Shown piece after piece: positions 36,079 to 48,955 of a DNA stretch of 64,000 bases. The notes beneath the pieces are model-generated. The model saw only the letters and a list, made by a program, of their open reading frames with translations. It did not search any database and had not been told where the DNA came from. The DNA comes from Pseudovirgaria hyperparasitica (lineage: Eukaryota). Every line of letters starts with the position of its first letter. The stretch's first letter is position 1. The stretch lies in assembly GCA_010093815.1 (NCBI GenBank), contig ML996580.1; one strand, given 5' to 3'. The translations under genes and the position numbers were made by a program.

Positions 36079-38121
36079 TCAAGCAACAAACCACAGTCCC
36101 GCCACAAGAGCAACAGCAACAGCCATCACAGCCCCACTCGCACCCTCCATCCTCACTGCTCCAGACCCAAGCACAGGCGTCTCCGTAGACTGCGAAAACC
36201 CGCTCGTCTTCGCACTCGTACTATTCTTCGTCGTTTTGCTTGGCGTAGGTAGCGCAGATGACCTTGTCGAGGAGGTGGTGCAAGGCGAGGACGAGGACAA
36301 GGGCGGTGGTAGCGCAGTCGTAGGGGGAGAAGGAACGGCGGATGATGGGGCGGGAGGGCTGGACTCGTGCGTTGCCACGGGCACTGTGGAGATCAGTGTC
36401 ACGCCGGTGGTGAGGGTGATGACGGTGGTGACGTCGGCGCATTTGGGGCAGGGCTTTGTGATGATTGTGGTGCAGGGTTGCGTGACGACTGCAGGTGGAG
36501 GAGGGCTTCTGCTGGGTGGTGGTGGCTGCGGGATGATGCCTTCTGGACTGTGCGGTTTGGGGTGGTCGGATGTGGGTGCTGGGGTGCTGTGTGTGGAGGG
36601 TGATGGTGTGATGAGGGTGGACAGCGTGCTGGAGGGACACGGTGTGCTGGATGGGGGCGGAGTGTGGATGGTGGTGCTGGATGGTGATGGTGCGATGAAG
36701 CCTCTGGACGCTGTGCTCGACGGAGTCGTGCTCGTGGAGCATGGGGTGGAAGAGGGAGTTGGAGTTGTCGTGCATGGGGTCGACGATGACGGTGACGGCG
36801 ATGGAGTGTCTCTGGTCACTTTCGGGGTCGTCGTGCATGGGGTCGATGACGATGGTGACGGCGTTGGTGACGGAGTGCCTCTGGTCAGTGTCGGAGTTAC
36901 GATGGCCTCCATGGTAGTTGTGCTCACTAATTTACTCGTGGAGCACGGAGTCGAGGATGGAGTTGGAGTAGTCGTGCATGGAGTCGACGACGAAGGCGAC
37001 GGCGATGGAGTGCCTCTGGTCAATTTCGGAGTTACGATAGCCTCCAAGGTAGTTGTACTTATTGGCGTGCTTGTAGTGCATGGTGTTGATATATGTGATG
37101 GTGCTCGTTCGCCACCGTGCAGTTGTCTCTTACCGCCATCGTATGGTGCCGGAGCTGGAGGGGCTGACTCTTCGTTCTCGATGTTCTCGTCTTCTTCTGT
37201 CGGGGACGACGGCGAAGAGGTGGGTGTCGCGTAGGTATTTGGCGGAGGTGCGTACGAAGGGATGCCAGGTTCCTCGTCGTTTTCATCTTGATCCTCATCG
37301 TTGTTATTGTCGTCGTCGTCATTGGTGTTCTCATCGTTGTTGTCCTCGTTCTCATTATCGTTATCTTCATCCTCTTGAATATCAGGTACCGTGGTAGGCG
37401 TTGGCTCTTCCAGATCGACAGGACCTCCAAGCGTAAACTGCACAGCCGTGACCGTCGGTGCCGACAACGGAAACAACGGCGTCCAAACCGGATTGTCATC
37501 AAGCGGAGGTGGCAAGACCTGCAACACAGCCCGCGTAGTTGTGACCGGCACCACAGGTTTCTGGGTGACGCTCGCTGACTGAGAGACTACTTGGGGCACT
37601 CCTGGTTTAGGGGGAGATTGATTGATGGGTGGTGCAAAGGGTTGGACAACGTGAGGTCCCTGTGGAGTCCATGGGCTCACAGGTTTGGGCGTTGCCCCGG
37701 GAGGAGCATACTCGTCAAAAGGCTGACCTGGGAACAGGACTGGCCTGGTGACATAGACGGTAGTTGGCTCAGGGGCATCGGATTCGTCGAAAGGCTGCCC
37801 CGGGAACAAGACTGGTCTGGTGACATAGACAGTGGTTGGTTCGGGGGCAGTGAGTTCGTCAAAAGGTTGGCCTGGGAACAGAACTGGTCTAGTAACAAGC
37901 ACCCAGACGACCTCGTTAGTAGAACCTTGGGCAGTACTGGTAGAAGTTGTGCATGGCGTCGATGAAGTACCGTGGCCCCTTCTGGCTACATCGGGAGGAC
38001 CTGCAATAGTCAGTATGGCGACGACTGTATAAGAGAACATATAAGACGTACTTCCAGGAGCCGCCGAAACTGACGACAGTAGTAAGACTAGCGTCAGGGA
38101 TATGGCTTTCATTGAGGCCAT
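36079..38121 (-). CDS. Secreted, probably GPI-anchored Ser/Thr/Pro-rich cell-surface protein with internal repeats
   Basis: Signal peptide MKAISLTLVLLLSSVSA-AP, three VTRPVLFPGQPFDE repeats, an acidic D/N/E tract, STPCTT/STPCST repeats and a hydrophobic tail SGAVRMEGASGAVMAVAVALVAGLWFVA. Probable in-frame intron 38001-38051. Confidence 0.85.
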   Translation of the reverse strand: MASMKAISLTLVLLLSSVSAAPGSTSYMFSYTVVAILTIAGPPDVARRGHGTSSTPCTTSTSTAQGSTNEVVWVLVTRPVLFPGQPFDELTAPEPTTVYVTRPVLFPGQPFDESDAPEPTTVYVTRPVLFPGQPFDEYAPPGATPKPVSPWTPQGPHVVQPFAPPINQSPPKPGVPQVVSQSASVTQKPVVPVTTTRAVLQVLPPPLDDNPVWTPLFPLSAPTVTAVQFTLGGPVDLEEPTPTTVPDIQEDEDNDNENEDNNDENTNDDDDNNNDEDQDENDEEPGIPSYAPPPNTYATPTSSPSSPTEEDENIENEESAPPAPAPYDGGKRQLHGGERAPSHISTPCTTSTPISTTTLEAIVTPKLTRGTPSPSPSSSTPCTTTPTPSSTPCSTSKLVSTTTMEAIVTPTLTRGTPSPTPSPSSSTPCTTTPKVTRDTPSPSPSSSTPCTTTPTPSSTPCSTSTTPSSTASRGFIAPSPSSTTIHTPPPSSTPCPSSTLSTLITPSPSTHSTPAPTSDHPKPHSPEGIIPQPPPPSRSPPPPAVVTQPCTTIITKPCPKCADVTTVITLTTGVTLISTVPVATHESSPPAPSSAVPSPPTTALPPPLSSSSPCTTSSTRSSALPTPSKTTKNSTSAKTSGFSQSTETPVLGSGAVRMEGASGAVMAVAVALVAGLWFVA
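37711..37896 (-). repeat. Coding 72-bp tandem repeat (24 aa unit, about 2.6 copies)
   Basis: VTRPVLFPGQPFDE(LT/SD)APEPTTVY repeated with synonymous differences between copies. Confidence 0.92.
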
Positions 38122-39410
38122 CTGAGTCGTGCGAGACGATTGATGCTGTCCGAGATTGGAATACGTGCGACGCAAAGAAGGACTGATCTATTTCGAAACA
38201 GTGGTGCGTTCCAGGCGACTGTGTAGGAACTGAGTGAGGAAAACGAATGACCAAACAGCCATCTCAACTGCCACAGATATGCGTTCTTATATACAACCAT
38301 GATGGCAACTCGCCAGCCCACAAGAACTTCATGGCAGGGGGTGGCTGCAGCACGCCCAAATTCTCATGATGACCCTCAGGTCCCAGAGGCCAATAGCGAA
38401 GGTTGATATCTGGCTGTTTCAGCCCTGTACCGTCTAGACACGGTATTTCATTGTGTATGAGGTTGGCTTTGAGCATCTTCTTTTGGTCGTGGCGGAGAAT
38501 AGGGCTGGGCCGACCCTTCGTACCAAACTTATACGGTCCGTAGGAACTGTGGTTCGGAGACCCACTATCCTCAAAAACGAAACAAGACGACGGAAGCGCC
38601 GGAAAACAGCGCACTTATGACGTTCCCAGCTACAATTACTCCAGCAACATGGCTTGCTAGTCCCACAGCTAGCAAGCTTCAGGACTTCGAGCCATCCCCT
38701 AGCAACGACGCTCTCCTATCACCAACCAGCCCCTTGGCAGGGCTAGTTTGCTGCATAGCCAAAGAAGGGTCAGCACCCAACCACAAAGGAAATGGCAGAC
38801 GTGACATCACCAATCAGATTTTCCAAATAATAGTCCATCTCTCGTTCGGCTGGACCAGCCACTGGTGACCGCGAAGGACCCTAGGTTTTGATCTTCTGGC
38901 AAAAGAGTGGTGAGTAAAGGGAGATGGATGTTTCGCTGTGATGTACGTGACTACCAGCCAGTCTCTTGGTCATCTCGTCAAGAGGGTGGTGAGTGGCGCA
39001 GAGAGGCGCACCTGGGAGACGTCGGATCTTCGCGGAACAGCAACCGGCCAAGTCAGAGACAAGACATACTTCCAGGAACATTGACAATGAGGATAACGCG
39101 CTGCCAAGTTGTGGTGAGAGTCTGTGTGGTGATCAGCAATCCTAAACGCCCTGGCTATGATATATACCGTTCGTTGCATCGTGTCAATACCTGAAATTTG
39201 ACCTCCAAGTCGATCGTATACACGAGCTAAAGCAACCCATAATGCGGAAAGACAAATGATAGCAGCTCGGGAAAATTGATCGGTTGAATAGATAGTCTTC
39301 ATAATGTTCGTGGTGCCGAACCTGAGAAACACCAAAACACCACACACCACGCCAGCCAGGTATACCCAAGTGCAGTCCTCATGAAACATCAAGATAAAGC
39401 AGTTAAACAA

Positions 39411-40981
39411 TCACGCCAGGTGTTGCTCCATCTCCGTGATATATAGTTTAATATGACTCTCCATCTTAACGTACTCCTCATTCGCGCTCTGTACTTCATT
39501 TTCGATGTTCTCTTTCAGATCAGCCATCTGAAGATGTGGTTAGCCACAACACACAAGAAAACACCGCAGAAAATGGGGCGACTTACCTTCTTCTCGGTTT
39601 GCTCGATTCTCACTCTCCTCCGTTCCATCTCACGTCCTTTCTCGCTGCGTTCGTCTGCGATTTGCTTGTGCACGGCCCTGAGCTCTTCCATACGGGCTTT
39701 TGCGTTGTAGGCTTTCTCCTCAGCATTTGAGCGCAATTTGTCTGTCCGGGTGTTGATCTTGCTGAGTTGGTTCTGCAGGAGCCGCTCTTGTCGCTCGACG
39801 TCGCGCACATTGTTACTCCGCTCTGATAGTGCGTCGCGGTACCTCGAGGCCTTGACAATCTCCTCCTCTTCCTTCGCAAGGTCACCTTGGACTTCTGTGA
39901 GAAGCTTCGTGCACGAGGTGACGTCTGCTGTGACGACGGTGAATGTATCTGCAGAGGTCTGTAGAGCACGCGCGCGGCGGTCGAGAGTCTCAATCTGCGC
40001 TTTGTCTGCAGTCAGATTGTTGCTTAGGTCTGTGAGGGCATTCTCCAGTGTCTCTCGCGATTGCTGGGTGTACGGGCGCAATTTATGCGCTTCTTGCTTC
40101 ACTTGGAGTGTTGTCTCTGTCTTCTCTTGCAGAATGCCTTTCAATCGTTGTTGGTCCTCTTTGACTCGTTCTAACTTCTCCGCAACTCGCTCTTGGCCTT
40201 TCTTGAGCTCGAGCAGGCGTTGCTTGAGCTCGTTGTTTCGTCTTTCCCTGTCCTTCATAGCTCTCTCTGTCGCCTGACGAGTGCGATTCAGTTCGTGGAG
40301 CTGCTCCTCCTTCGCTTGATTCTCATGGTACAATTGCTCAATGCGCAACTTCGTACGCTCTGACTTGTTGAAATGCTCATCGATGACACCAGTTTGTGAC
40401 TCTCGGAAACGAATGAAGTTTATTATGTAGGAGAAGATCTTGACGAGTCTTTGGTGAGTTGGCCTATATAGGTCCTGGAATGAAAAGTCGTTGATTCCAC
40501 ACTGCTCGCTCCGACATTAGAACATGATAATAGAGGCAAGTCTACAATTGGAAAGTCTTACCTCCACCAACAGCCGTCGTAGCATCACAAAGAAGCCCAT
40601 CAGGTCTCGAGTATCCGCAGTGAATATGCGATCGGCATCTGGACCACAGAGCTCTTCCGCAGCGGCTTTCATTGCCGGTGCGACGACTTCTCGACTGAGA
40701 TTCAACAGCACTTCGGAGAATTTCTCGAAGATGGCCTGAATCTGCTGGGGATTTGGCTTTTGTAGGTCTGCGACGGTGAACTGGGTCATTCCGGGGGGAC
40801 CAATGTCGTTTATACATGATGCGATTTCTCTATCGGGCTTCATATGTCAGTCTCAAGGTGTCGCGCTTGAATGCGTAGAGCATACCAGCGTCATGAAGGC
40901 GTCCTCCTCCTGCTGTCGATTGCGAGATTGGGTATTAGCGACGACGCCGCGCGCCATGCTCATGCGTGGGTTGAAGTCCAT
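39411..40981 (-). CDS. NUF2: Kinetochore Ndc80-complex subunit Nuf2; 4 exons
   Basis: [59 protein letters not shown], a long coiled coil and C-terminal [14 protein letters not shown]. Confidence 0.95.
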
Positions 40982-43900
40982 GGCGAAGGCTCGGAGAGTA
41001 TGAACGTATATGCAATGCGAATTGAGAGGCGCACTATGGAGAATGTGCGAGCGGGAGTCGAAGTCGAAGTCGTACCTAGGTACTTGGCAAACAGGTAAAC
41101 AACAAACAAACCTAGATCGGCGGCTTTGGTCAGCCACGCGAAACTACATCAGCCACGGCTAGCCTTGTAACAGACTAGCGTCACAGTAGGAGACAGATGT
41201 CGGATGTCCACTCCTGCCAGGGCACCGACCACCAGACTGGAGAGAGTCACAATAAGCTCAATGAAAGAGCGATTCATGTTTACATGAGCCTACTACAGTG
41301 CTCCATCTGTGAGTCTCTTCACAGAACGTCGCATCGCCAAGTCTTAGTCAGCATTAATCCAAAGCGACGTACCAGTAAGTAGCTGAATGCGGTGACGGTA
41401 TTACTAAGACTTCAATTCGCTTCTATTGCTGAGCGAAGGTATCAAACATCAAACCCAATGATGTATGCCCGGTGCCTACTGTCTGCTTACTGTTGCGCAT
41501 CAACAGCAAGATAGCAGCACTGCGGACGAGGGGAGCTATATCTGTCGAATCTGCCAGGAACTATTCCGTCCCAAGCACATGAGAAGTGACAAGTCCCGTC
41601 TGACAAGAAACGGATACTCTGCGCCGCCAAGCACCACTTTCCGTACATTTTCAAACAAAGGAGAAGGTCAGCTTGAGCCGGGGAAGTTCCCGCTGAACGG
41701 GTGGCAGTTGGGCTTTGAGGAGTGGAAGGCGGAGGTTAGGAAGAGGTGGAAGTTTTGATGCGCGGAACGATAATTTTGTGTCTCTCAGGTTACATTGGCA
41801 TTCGTGAAAGGCGGACTAACATGGCAATTGTTCTCACGCCTGACGAGTATGGCGCATGTATGGATGAATGGATAGACAGCTTCACGCTACACGTCTGGCA
41901 GTGGCAATGGCACGCGTCTGCGCGTGACGCAGTCCATTATTGGAAGCGCGGTATCACAAGACACCCGAACTGCAGTGTAAAGTACGGGGTAGAGTTGTTG
42001 ACAGCAGCGATATGTGGAGGAGGAGAATATTGGATTCTGGCCAGGCCTACCATCAATGCACACAGAAAGAAATACGAGCTGTCGGCATGAGTTGGTCGTA
42101 TGTACTGTGGTAGTCCGCCCTCCTAATACCTACCTACTGCATGCAGCTCCATTAATTAGTAGCTACTGTACCTGTGTTATAATTAGTCGAGAGGAGAGAA
42201 GGAATGACAAGCAAGGCACATCCACAAGAAGAAAAAAAGCATGTGAGACCGCCTCTCCATTGTTACAGGATGTTGTGCACGCAGCACAGGCATAACATAT
42301 AACCAAGAAAAGGGTTGAGCAAGAAAGAAGGGGAAAAAAGAAATTTGATATTCGGGATGGCTGATGAGAGGAGTGCGGGAGGGGCGTTGAAGGTGTAATT
42401 ATGGTATAGCTGAGGTTTGGTGCACGAGGAGGATGTAATTATGGTGCACGAGGAGGGCGGGAGCGTGAGTATCCATGCTATGCCGCCCATGATGATGATG
42501 ATGTTGATGATCATCATCATGCGACACCGAACGCCGTGCGCTGGCTGTGTTCTGCAAGGATCCAAGGTGCACTGGGATAGGATGGCAGTGGTTGCGATGG
42601 AATGGGTTGTTCGTTGTTTGGCTGGTGTGTGTCTGCATGCATAGAGCTTAGGCACTGCATAGGTAGGTATGGATCGAGCCGAGTCTTTGCAGTGAGAAAA
42701 GAAGCGAGTCACAAGCATGATCGATGCATCTCTACTACGCACATGTAATTATTCAATATGACAGGAACCGAGTTTAGACTTCCCAGGAATTCTAGCATAA
42801 TTACGCCACCATGAACGACGATCCCGGGTCATGGATGAGATGTGTATCATTGTCAAAGAAGCTTTCAGGTGGCGGTTCGTTGGCGGGCTACTGACTGTAT
42901 CAGGGGCAATAGACTCACTGACTGACAGACAGACGGACAAAGGTTCAAGCGATGCAGAGATTAATTAGACCTGGAAGACTGTCCAAGACTAATAATAACA
43001 CTAGATACTGCTGTACATGCTTAGCTGTATTACTTACTCCACACTGGGGAAATAGATGGTCACGTAGGAATGGTGGGGATTTTTCATGTCGGATGCTGCA
43101 TGACCATGTAGTGTAGTGATCCCTCCCCACCGCCACTCAGGCACTTGCAGCGGACGTCCGAGACTGACGATCACCCGTCTGTCCAGGCTTCGTCTTGAGT
43201 GAATGTTGTCAAGTATGATTATTAGCATGAATAGAATGTGTGCATCTTCACAATCGTTATCTCGACGTCGACCGTGCACGGGATAATTGATTCAATAGCC
43301 AGACAGTCCGACAGGTCGGTCGGTCGGGCAGCGGGTCAGGGAGGGCAAGCCAGAAGACAGAAGTACAGGACTAACTAAGCCAACTCAGGCCGACTTTTAG
43401 CTGACTCTAGCTGACTCTAGCCAGCTTTGGGGGCACTAGAGGCGGCTGATGGCAGCTAAGGGCAGCTAAAAGTGTGGAAAATGGGCGGGTGAGGTCGGTA
43501 CTGGGTCCCCTCAGTCGGTACTAAATAGGTGGCTTGCGTGTTTGCGTTGTGGCTAACCGGGAAATGTCTAGCTGGCTAGGGATTCATTGTAGGGGCTTGG
43601 GCTTGTACAGTATTATGGAAATAATCATTACGCTCTCGAATCCTACCATCCAAACGATGCCAACTATTGACAAGCCTGGTCTGGCTATCGAGTTTGATCA
43701 TTATTACTATTAGTAGCATGTACTACGATGTATCTATAGTCCCAAGTCTGAGTCTGTGTCTGTATCTGCCCTCTGCAATTAGTCTGTCGTCTGTAGTGTG
43801 GATTGCTGCCAAAGGTGACCAGAGAAGGCCCGGTGTCACGCCTTTTTCACTGATTGACACGCTTCCACTGCTTGTTGCTTCCACATCCTTCTTCCACCTC

Positions 43901-44414
43901 CCCCCCCTCCCCTTACCTATTTACGTCCAACTTTATCTTGGATGTTCTCTGAAACACTGCCCAGTCATCATCATCAACATCCTCATCATCACCACTTCGA
44001 CTGTCTACGACGACGACTACGACGACGAAATCCACGACAGAGACGACCTCTACTCACTGCCAGTCCTGCCCACGGCCTTGTCCTTCCTTCTAGCTCGCTT
44101 CCCATCTATCGAGGCGCGACCTGCACTCGGCACCGTCAGACCAATTGCGCGCGCAGCAACATCACGCCTCCACTCAGCCAACGCAACACCAGAAGCATGC
44201 ACAGCAGCTGTTGTCGTCGTACACCTAGATAGCCCTCGCTGAACCTCTACTCTTTCGCTTTCCATCTTCGTCCTCGCTTTTTCCACCACAATTCATCAAT
44301 CCGTTCATCACCTCGCCACCATTCTGCATGTTTCCACCCGTCTCCCGCCTCTGAGCCTCTGCGCTCTTGCGCCCCACGGTCAAACCTTGGAACGCATCAC
44401 TTCCATTTTCAAGC

Positions 44415-47207
44415 ATGCCGATGTGGCCCTTTGGTCGGCGTCGTCGCAACACAGAGGGTCCGCATTCCACTGCCGCCGAACGCAAGCCAATTTCGGAGCA
44501 TGTCCGCCCAGGAACCCCAACATCCCAGTCACCAGGCCTGGCGCGTAAAAATAGCTCGAGGCATAGTCGCAGGAGAAGAAGAAAGTCGTCGCCCCACAGT
44601 ATTCGAAACCTTGCGGCTGCAAAAGAAAATCATCATCATCAACCCGACACTGCCCATGCCAACAACCCACCTGCAGACTACGACACTTCCTCCTCCCATT
44701 CACCGACTCGTGAGAGGAACGCGCGCGATAAACGTCTAACTGCCTTGCCCTCTTCACCTGTCCTCGCCACCAGTCCGCATTTGCGACCCATTACTCTGCG
44801 CGAAACACCATACAACTTCAGTCTTGACAACAATGCTGATTCGGCCATGAGTCTTCCCAACGCCCGCGAACGGGGCAAGTTGCAGCGGCCTCAGTCGCTG
44901 CGAACACCCGACACTCTTACTCGGCGCAAGTCCATCAAGAGGAAGCCAGACCCTGTACGAGAAGAAGAGATTAGACAGATGATGGCGCCGGTTTCTATCA
45001 AACGACCTGCGACTTTTTCTGGGAGCATCCTACGACGTGACACAAAAAAGATGAGAGGCGGCCTGAATAGAAATTTCGAACGTCCCCCATCCGAGGTGTC
45101 TCTACCAATGCAGGGCTCTGTTCACTCGTCCATGTCAGGCTACTCAGAACTCAAGGGATTCAGGGTCTCTGCCCTTGATGTGTTTTCAGCCCGTCCCAAG
45201 CTTCGCTATTCTGCAAGCGTTCAGCTCGATTCGACTGCGCTTCAGCGAGCATCTCCACCTCCGACCAGGACCAGTTCGAGGAAAGACAAGCAGCCCGAGT
45301 CGCGCAGGGATAGCAACGAGATGGACCGCATTGGTGAGCTAGCCGAAGACATGGACGCTAGTGAGCTGAGAGACGTCATGGAACGAGACGCCCGTAGGCG
45401 TGCGAGAAAGAAGGAGCGCGAAGAAGAAAAGCTGAGACGCAAATTGGAGCGAAGAGCAGAAAAACAACGAGCCAAAGAGGCCAGAGCAAGAGAGCCGAGG
45501 AGGGAGCCCGAGACTGGTGCACTCGAGAGAAGGTATACAGCTCCGCAGGGTCTGGCGATCGAGCATGCCGTTTCACCAGTACCTACCACACCGCAAAGCC
45601 ACATACGACATGAGACCTTGGATGTCACGATGCAAAACTCGGCTCATCATGACGATGATACCTATGAGGCTATCGAACAGCATTATGATGACTCGGCGGT
45701 CCCTGAATTCGCGCATCCAGTACCTCGCTCGCCTTCGCCTCTCCGAACGCCCACAGAGGAGCCAATCATCGGTACTGCTCAAGCAATCAACATTAGATTC
45801 TCCAGAGGGAGTATGCAGCAATCTCCTCCCCCACAGGATATCCATGCTCGTAACATTTCAAACATCTCATATCTACCTGACCTCATCTCTGAGGTTCAAC
45901 CCCCGCCTGTGGAAGACCATCCCGCTTTCAGAACCCAGCCGACAGACCAGTCAAATGAACAGTCAAGCGATGATCGGCGTAGTGGTGCGGATGGAAGAAG
46001 AGGCTCTGTATCCAGCGCTAAACGAATGGGTGGTTGGGCATCCATACTGCGCAAGGCGACGTTTTCAAGAAAGAAACCCTCAAATATAGTACGCTCGTCG
46101 CCATCCCAGGCCTCATTCTCCAACACCTCGAGGGAATCTATGTCTAGACAGCCTTTACCAGCACACCTCGTCCAGTCGAGTGCCGCCACGCCTCCGCCGC
46201 GGTCGGTCTCCAGGGCTTCAGGCACGCCTTCACGAACGATGTCCAAATTCCGTGAAGACCTCCCGGAATTACCTCTGTCACCACCAGATTCCAGAATGCA
46301 ATCTCCAGAGGCCCTTGATCTGACACCTCATGTGCCTCAATTATCAGAAAGAAGAGGGATGAAAGCGCCTGCTAAGATTGAGACCGAGCCAACACATCAG
46401 CAGGCCACGCCAGAGCCAGAAGAGACCATCTCTGAGGAAATGCCCGACTCGCCCTGGAATGCGAGTCGACGCACCTCACGACTCAAGTCTCTCTCCATGG
46501 CCTCGGTCGATTCGGAGGCCTCGTGGCTCTCTGGAAGGCCAGTCAAGAGAGCTGCAACGCAGCGCTACAGAGGTAGCATATCTTCGAGACAGCAGACCGA
46601 GGCGTCTGCAGAGGATGTCTTCGAGACGGCGAATGAGTCGAGTGAAGAGCATGATGTACACGAGGACGAGTTCTTCCAACGACTGTCGCCCACGCACGAC
46701 CGTCGCATGTCGTTGTCCTCTGATCCTCTCAATCGAAAACCTAGCAGCACCATGCTCGGCACGATCGCAGCCGCACAAGAGGCGGAGGCATTAGCGCTTG
46801 CTGATGCCGTGCAACATCCTGTAGGTAGACCACTATCCGGCGACGAAGTGCTGCATACCGGAATTGCGAGAACGCCAACTGTCGTTCACCGAATATCGAC
46901 TGCTCGAGTCAAGTCTAGTGAGGGTCTTGTGAACCTGTACGAAGGCAGCGACACGGCCAGATCCACGCCGTCTCCCTTTGACCACGAGGCTGTTGCCGAA
47001 GAGCCGCCTGAGGGGCCTTCGGAGGCACAACAGGCACAAGCAATTATTCTTGAACGAGCCAAGAGTATCGATCTCGGACGACGACATGGGCGGCACGTAT
47101 CAGCCGGATCAGCGAAACTTTTGGACATCAAGCGACTCTCAGCCAACCCTCCTGTTCCCGACAGCCCACGCACGCCAGCACCTGACAGCGCGTATCAACA
47201 TGAGTGA
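44415..47207 (+). CDS. Large intrinsically disordered S/R/P-rich protein with a central coiled coil; function unknown
   Basis: Single ORF of about 930 aa from MPMWPFGRRRR, with short motif-like islands (DPVREEEIRQM, SVDSEASWLSG, HGRHVSAGSAKLLDI). Confidence 0.85.
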   Translation: MPMWPFGRRRRNTEGPHSTAAERKPISEHVRPGTPTSQSPGLARKNSSRHSRRRRRKSSPHSIRNLAAAKENHHHQPDTAHANNPPADYDTSSSHSPTRERNARDKRLTALPSSPVLATSPHLRPITLRETPYNFSLDNNADSAMSLPNARERGKLQRPQSLRTPDTLTRRKSIKRKPDPVREEEIRQMMAPVSIKRPATFSGSILRRDTKKMRGGLNRNFERPPSEVSLPMQGSVHSSMSGYSELKGFRVSALDVFSARPKLRYSASVQLDSTALQRASPPPTRTSSRKDKQPESRRDSNEMDRIGELAEDMDASELRDVMERDARRRARKKEREEEKLRRKLERRAEKQRAKEARAREPRREPETGALERRYTAPQGLAIEHAVSPVPTTPQSHIRHETLDVTMQNSAHHDDDTYEAIEQHYDDSAVPEFAHPVPRSPSPLRTPTEEPIIGTAQAINIRFSRGSMQQSPPPQDIHARNISNISYLPDLISEVQPPPVEDHPAFRTQPTDQSNEQSSDDRRSGADGRRGSVSSAKRMGGWASILRKATFSRKKPSNIVRSSPSQASFSNTSRESMSRQPLPAHLVQSSAATPPPRSVSRASGTPSRTMSKFREDLPELPLSPPDSRMQSPEALDLTPHVPQLSERRGMKAPAKIETEPTHQQATPEPEETISEEMPDSPWNASRRTSRLKSLSMASVDSEASWLSGRPVKRAATQRYRGSISSRQQTEASAEDVFETANESSEEHDVHEDEFFQRLSPTHDRRMSLSSDPLNRKPSSTMLGTIAAAQEAEALALADAVQHPVGRPLSGDEVLHTGIARTPTVVHRISTARVKSSEGLVNLYEGSDTARSTPSPFDHEAVAEEPPEGPSEAQQAQAIILERAKSIDLGRRHGRHVSAGSAKLLDIKRLSANPPVPDSPRTPAPDSAYQHE

Positions 47208-48955
47208 AGTGGGAAACGTGTTCATGAACCGTGCAGATAGATCCAAAGAGCATGCATCCTGTTGTCGAGTTAGCCACTCTTTTGATTTTCTTTTGTTCTT
47301 ATTTGTCCTACGACACTCCTTGACTCTTCTTTGCGTTTATTCGGATTCTGTTTTGGCACATGATTCATGCTCTTTGGCTATCCGTACACGGTACGGAGCT
47401 CCTGGACACGTTTACCACAAGCAACCATTTCAAGCACGGGTATTGCTCACGTGCTGTCTCTTCAGCTATCACAATCTAAACTCCAGGGTCCCGGATCAAG
47501 CTCTCACACAGCAGAAATTCGCACTCCCTCCTTCGACTGTACACACTTCATCGGCCCCCAACGAGCGCTAAATTTCTTACACTACTGGTCCATTGTCCAT
47601 ACGCGAATGTTGCTTATCAGCACCTCCTTGAACGCGGTGTCTTCTTTTGTTCAACATCATATTATAGACGGCTTTGGTATTTCTGGCATGATATCCGGCC
47701 ACGGCGGCGAACAGTCCGTGGCTTTGTATGTATTTGACTTTTTCTTTCTTCATTATTTGGCTATCTGAAATTTTGGTTGGCAAGCGGTTTGTGTGTGTGT
47801 TTGTGTTGTATGTGCTTTGGCAGGACTGCATCGAGCGCGGCTTAGCTTTCATTGCAGGCGTCGTGGAAAGCATATTATTGTTCACAAAAACGCCAACCCC
47901 TCCATATCCGCGTACCGCCGCGTAGCAATCTTTGTTGTATTTTGAGCACGCACAAGCGAACGGTGGTGGTACATGGGGATGATATCGCGTAGATCAAATC
48001 CAAGTTTGAGCGTCGTTCGAGGGAGGACGACGGGCATGTCTGTGCGCTACATATAGGCGCGTACCTAAGGCTACAATACAATATGAGTAAGAAACAAACA
48101 ACTCTATTAACGTGCTTGGGATTGTCGTGCAACGAGTCTCGGTACTCCCCAAAAGCATACCGGCATCACTATTATATGGTTGATAGAGGCTACGGTCGTG
48201 GCATACATAGTTCATGCATGCATGATGTGTGCTCGTGCCTCCAACGTTTAGACTGGTGTTCTAGAAGGCACTGCAGAGGTGGTGGATGTACCTGCGTAGC
48301 ATCACTGCAGACTGAGTGCGGGCGGTGTGTCAACATGTCAATATATGGATGTTGTTGACTATGCAATGTTGATTGGGCTGGGCCAAGGTGGGGCAAATGG
48401 AGTGGTGCAGTGAGACCTGAGCTGCCCACCCCCACCATGAATGATGTGATGAGAGAGAATGCACTGCTTGGCAGGCAGAAACGTAAGGCATTAGTACCCA
48501 TCTATCCTTCTCTTCAACCTCGTCCTCTTCTCTCTCTTTCTTCTCCTCGCAATCTCCACTCTCGCGCAGCGACAGACGTTCAGACTGTAAGTGCTCTCTG
48601 CTTCTCGTACCGATCCATCTCCTGTGTTGTTCGCCAGCCGAGTCCCCGGGCGCCGTCCGAGACGTCGCCGAAATTGACCTTTCGGTCGCATCATCGCGTA
48701 AGCGTCAGAGCTTGCAAAATCCATCCGAACTGTCAGGAAGTTTTGTCGCATTCGACAGAACGTATACAACAACGGCCGAAGTCGTGCAGTCTCGTCGCTT
48801 CGATCGTTGATACCAACAGAATCCGGTGTTACGTGCTTTGTCATCCGTCTCCTTCATTCCAGAACATCATTGATTGCTCAGCACGTCCCTGGCATTGCAC
48901 GACTACGTCACTCTTCACATATCTATCAGGCTCCGACCCTTCATCCTAACCCACC

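Noticed and set aside
36236..37234. 332-aa V/G/D-rich plus-strand ORF, and similar antisense ORFs over BIO2, KRE2, the MFS gene, the peptidase and NUF2
   Set aside because: Shadow frames of real genes on the opposite strand.
33551..40981. MZT1 and NUF2, both spindle-related, within 6 kb
   Set aside because: Separated by unrelated genes; no evidence beyond chance proximity.
41465..42090. Two short plus-strand ORFs, one with a CxxC
   Set aside because: No family recognised and no convincing splice model; left unannotated.
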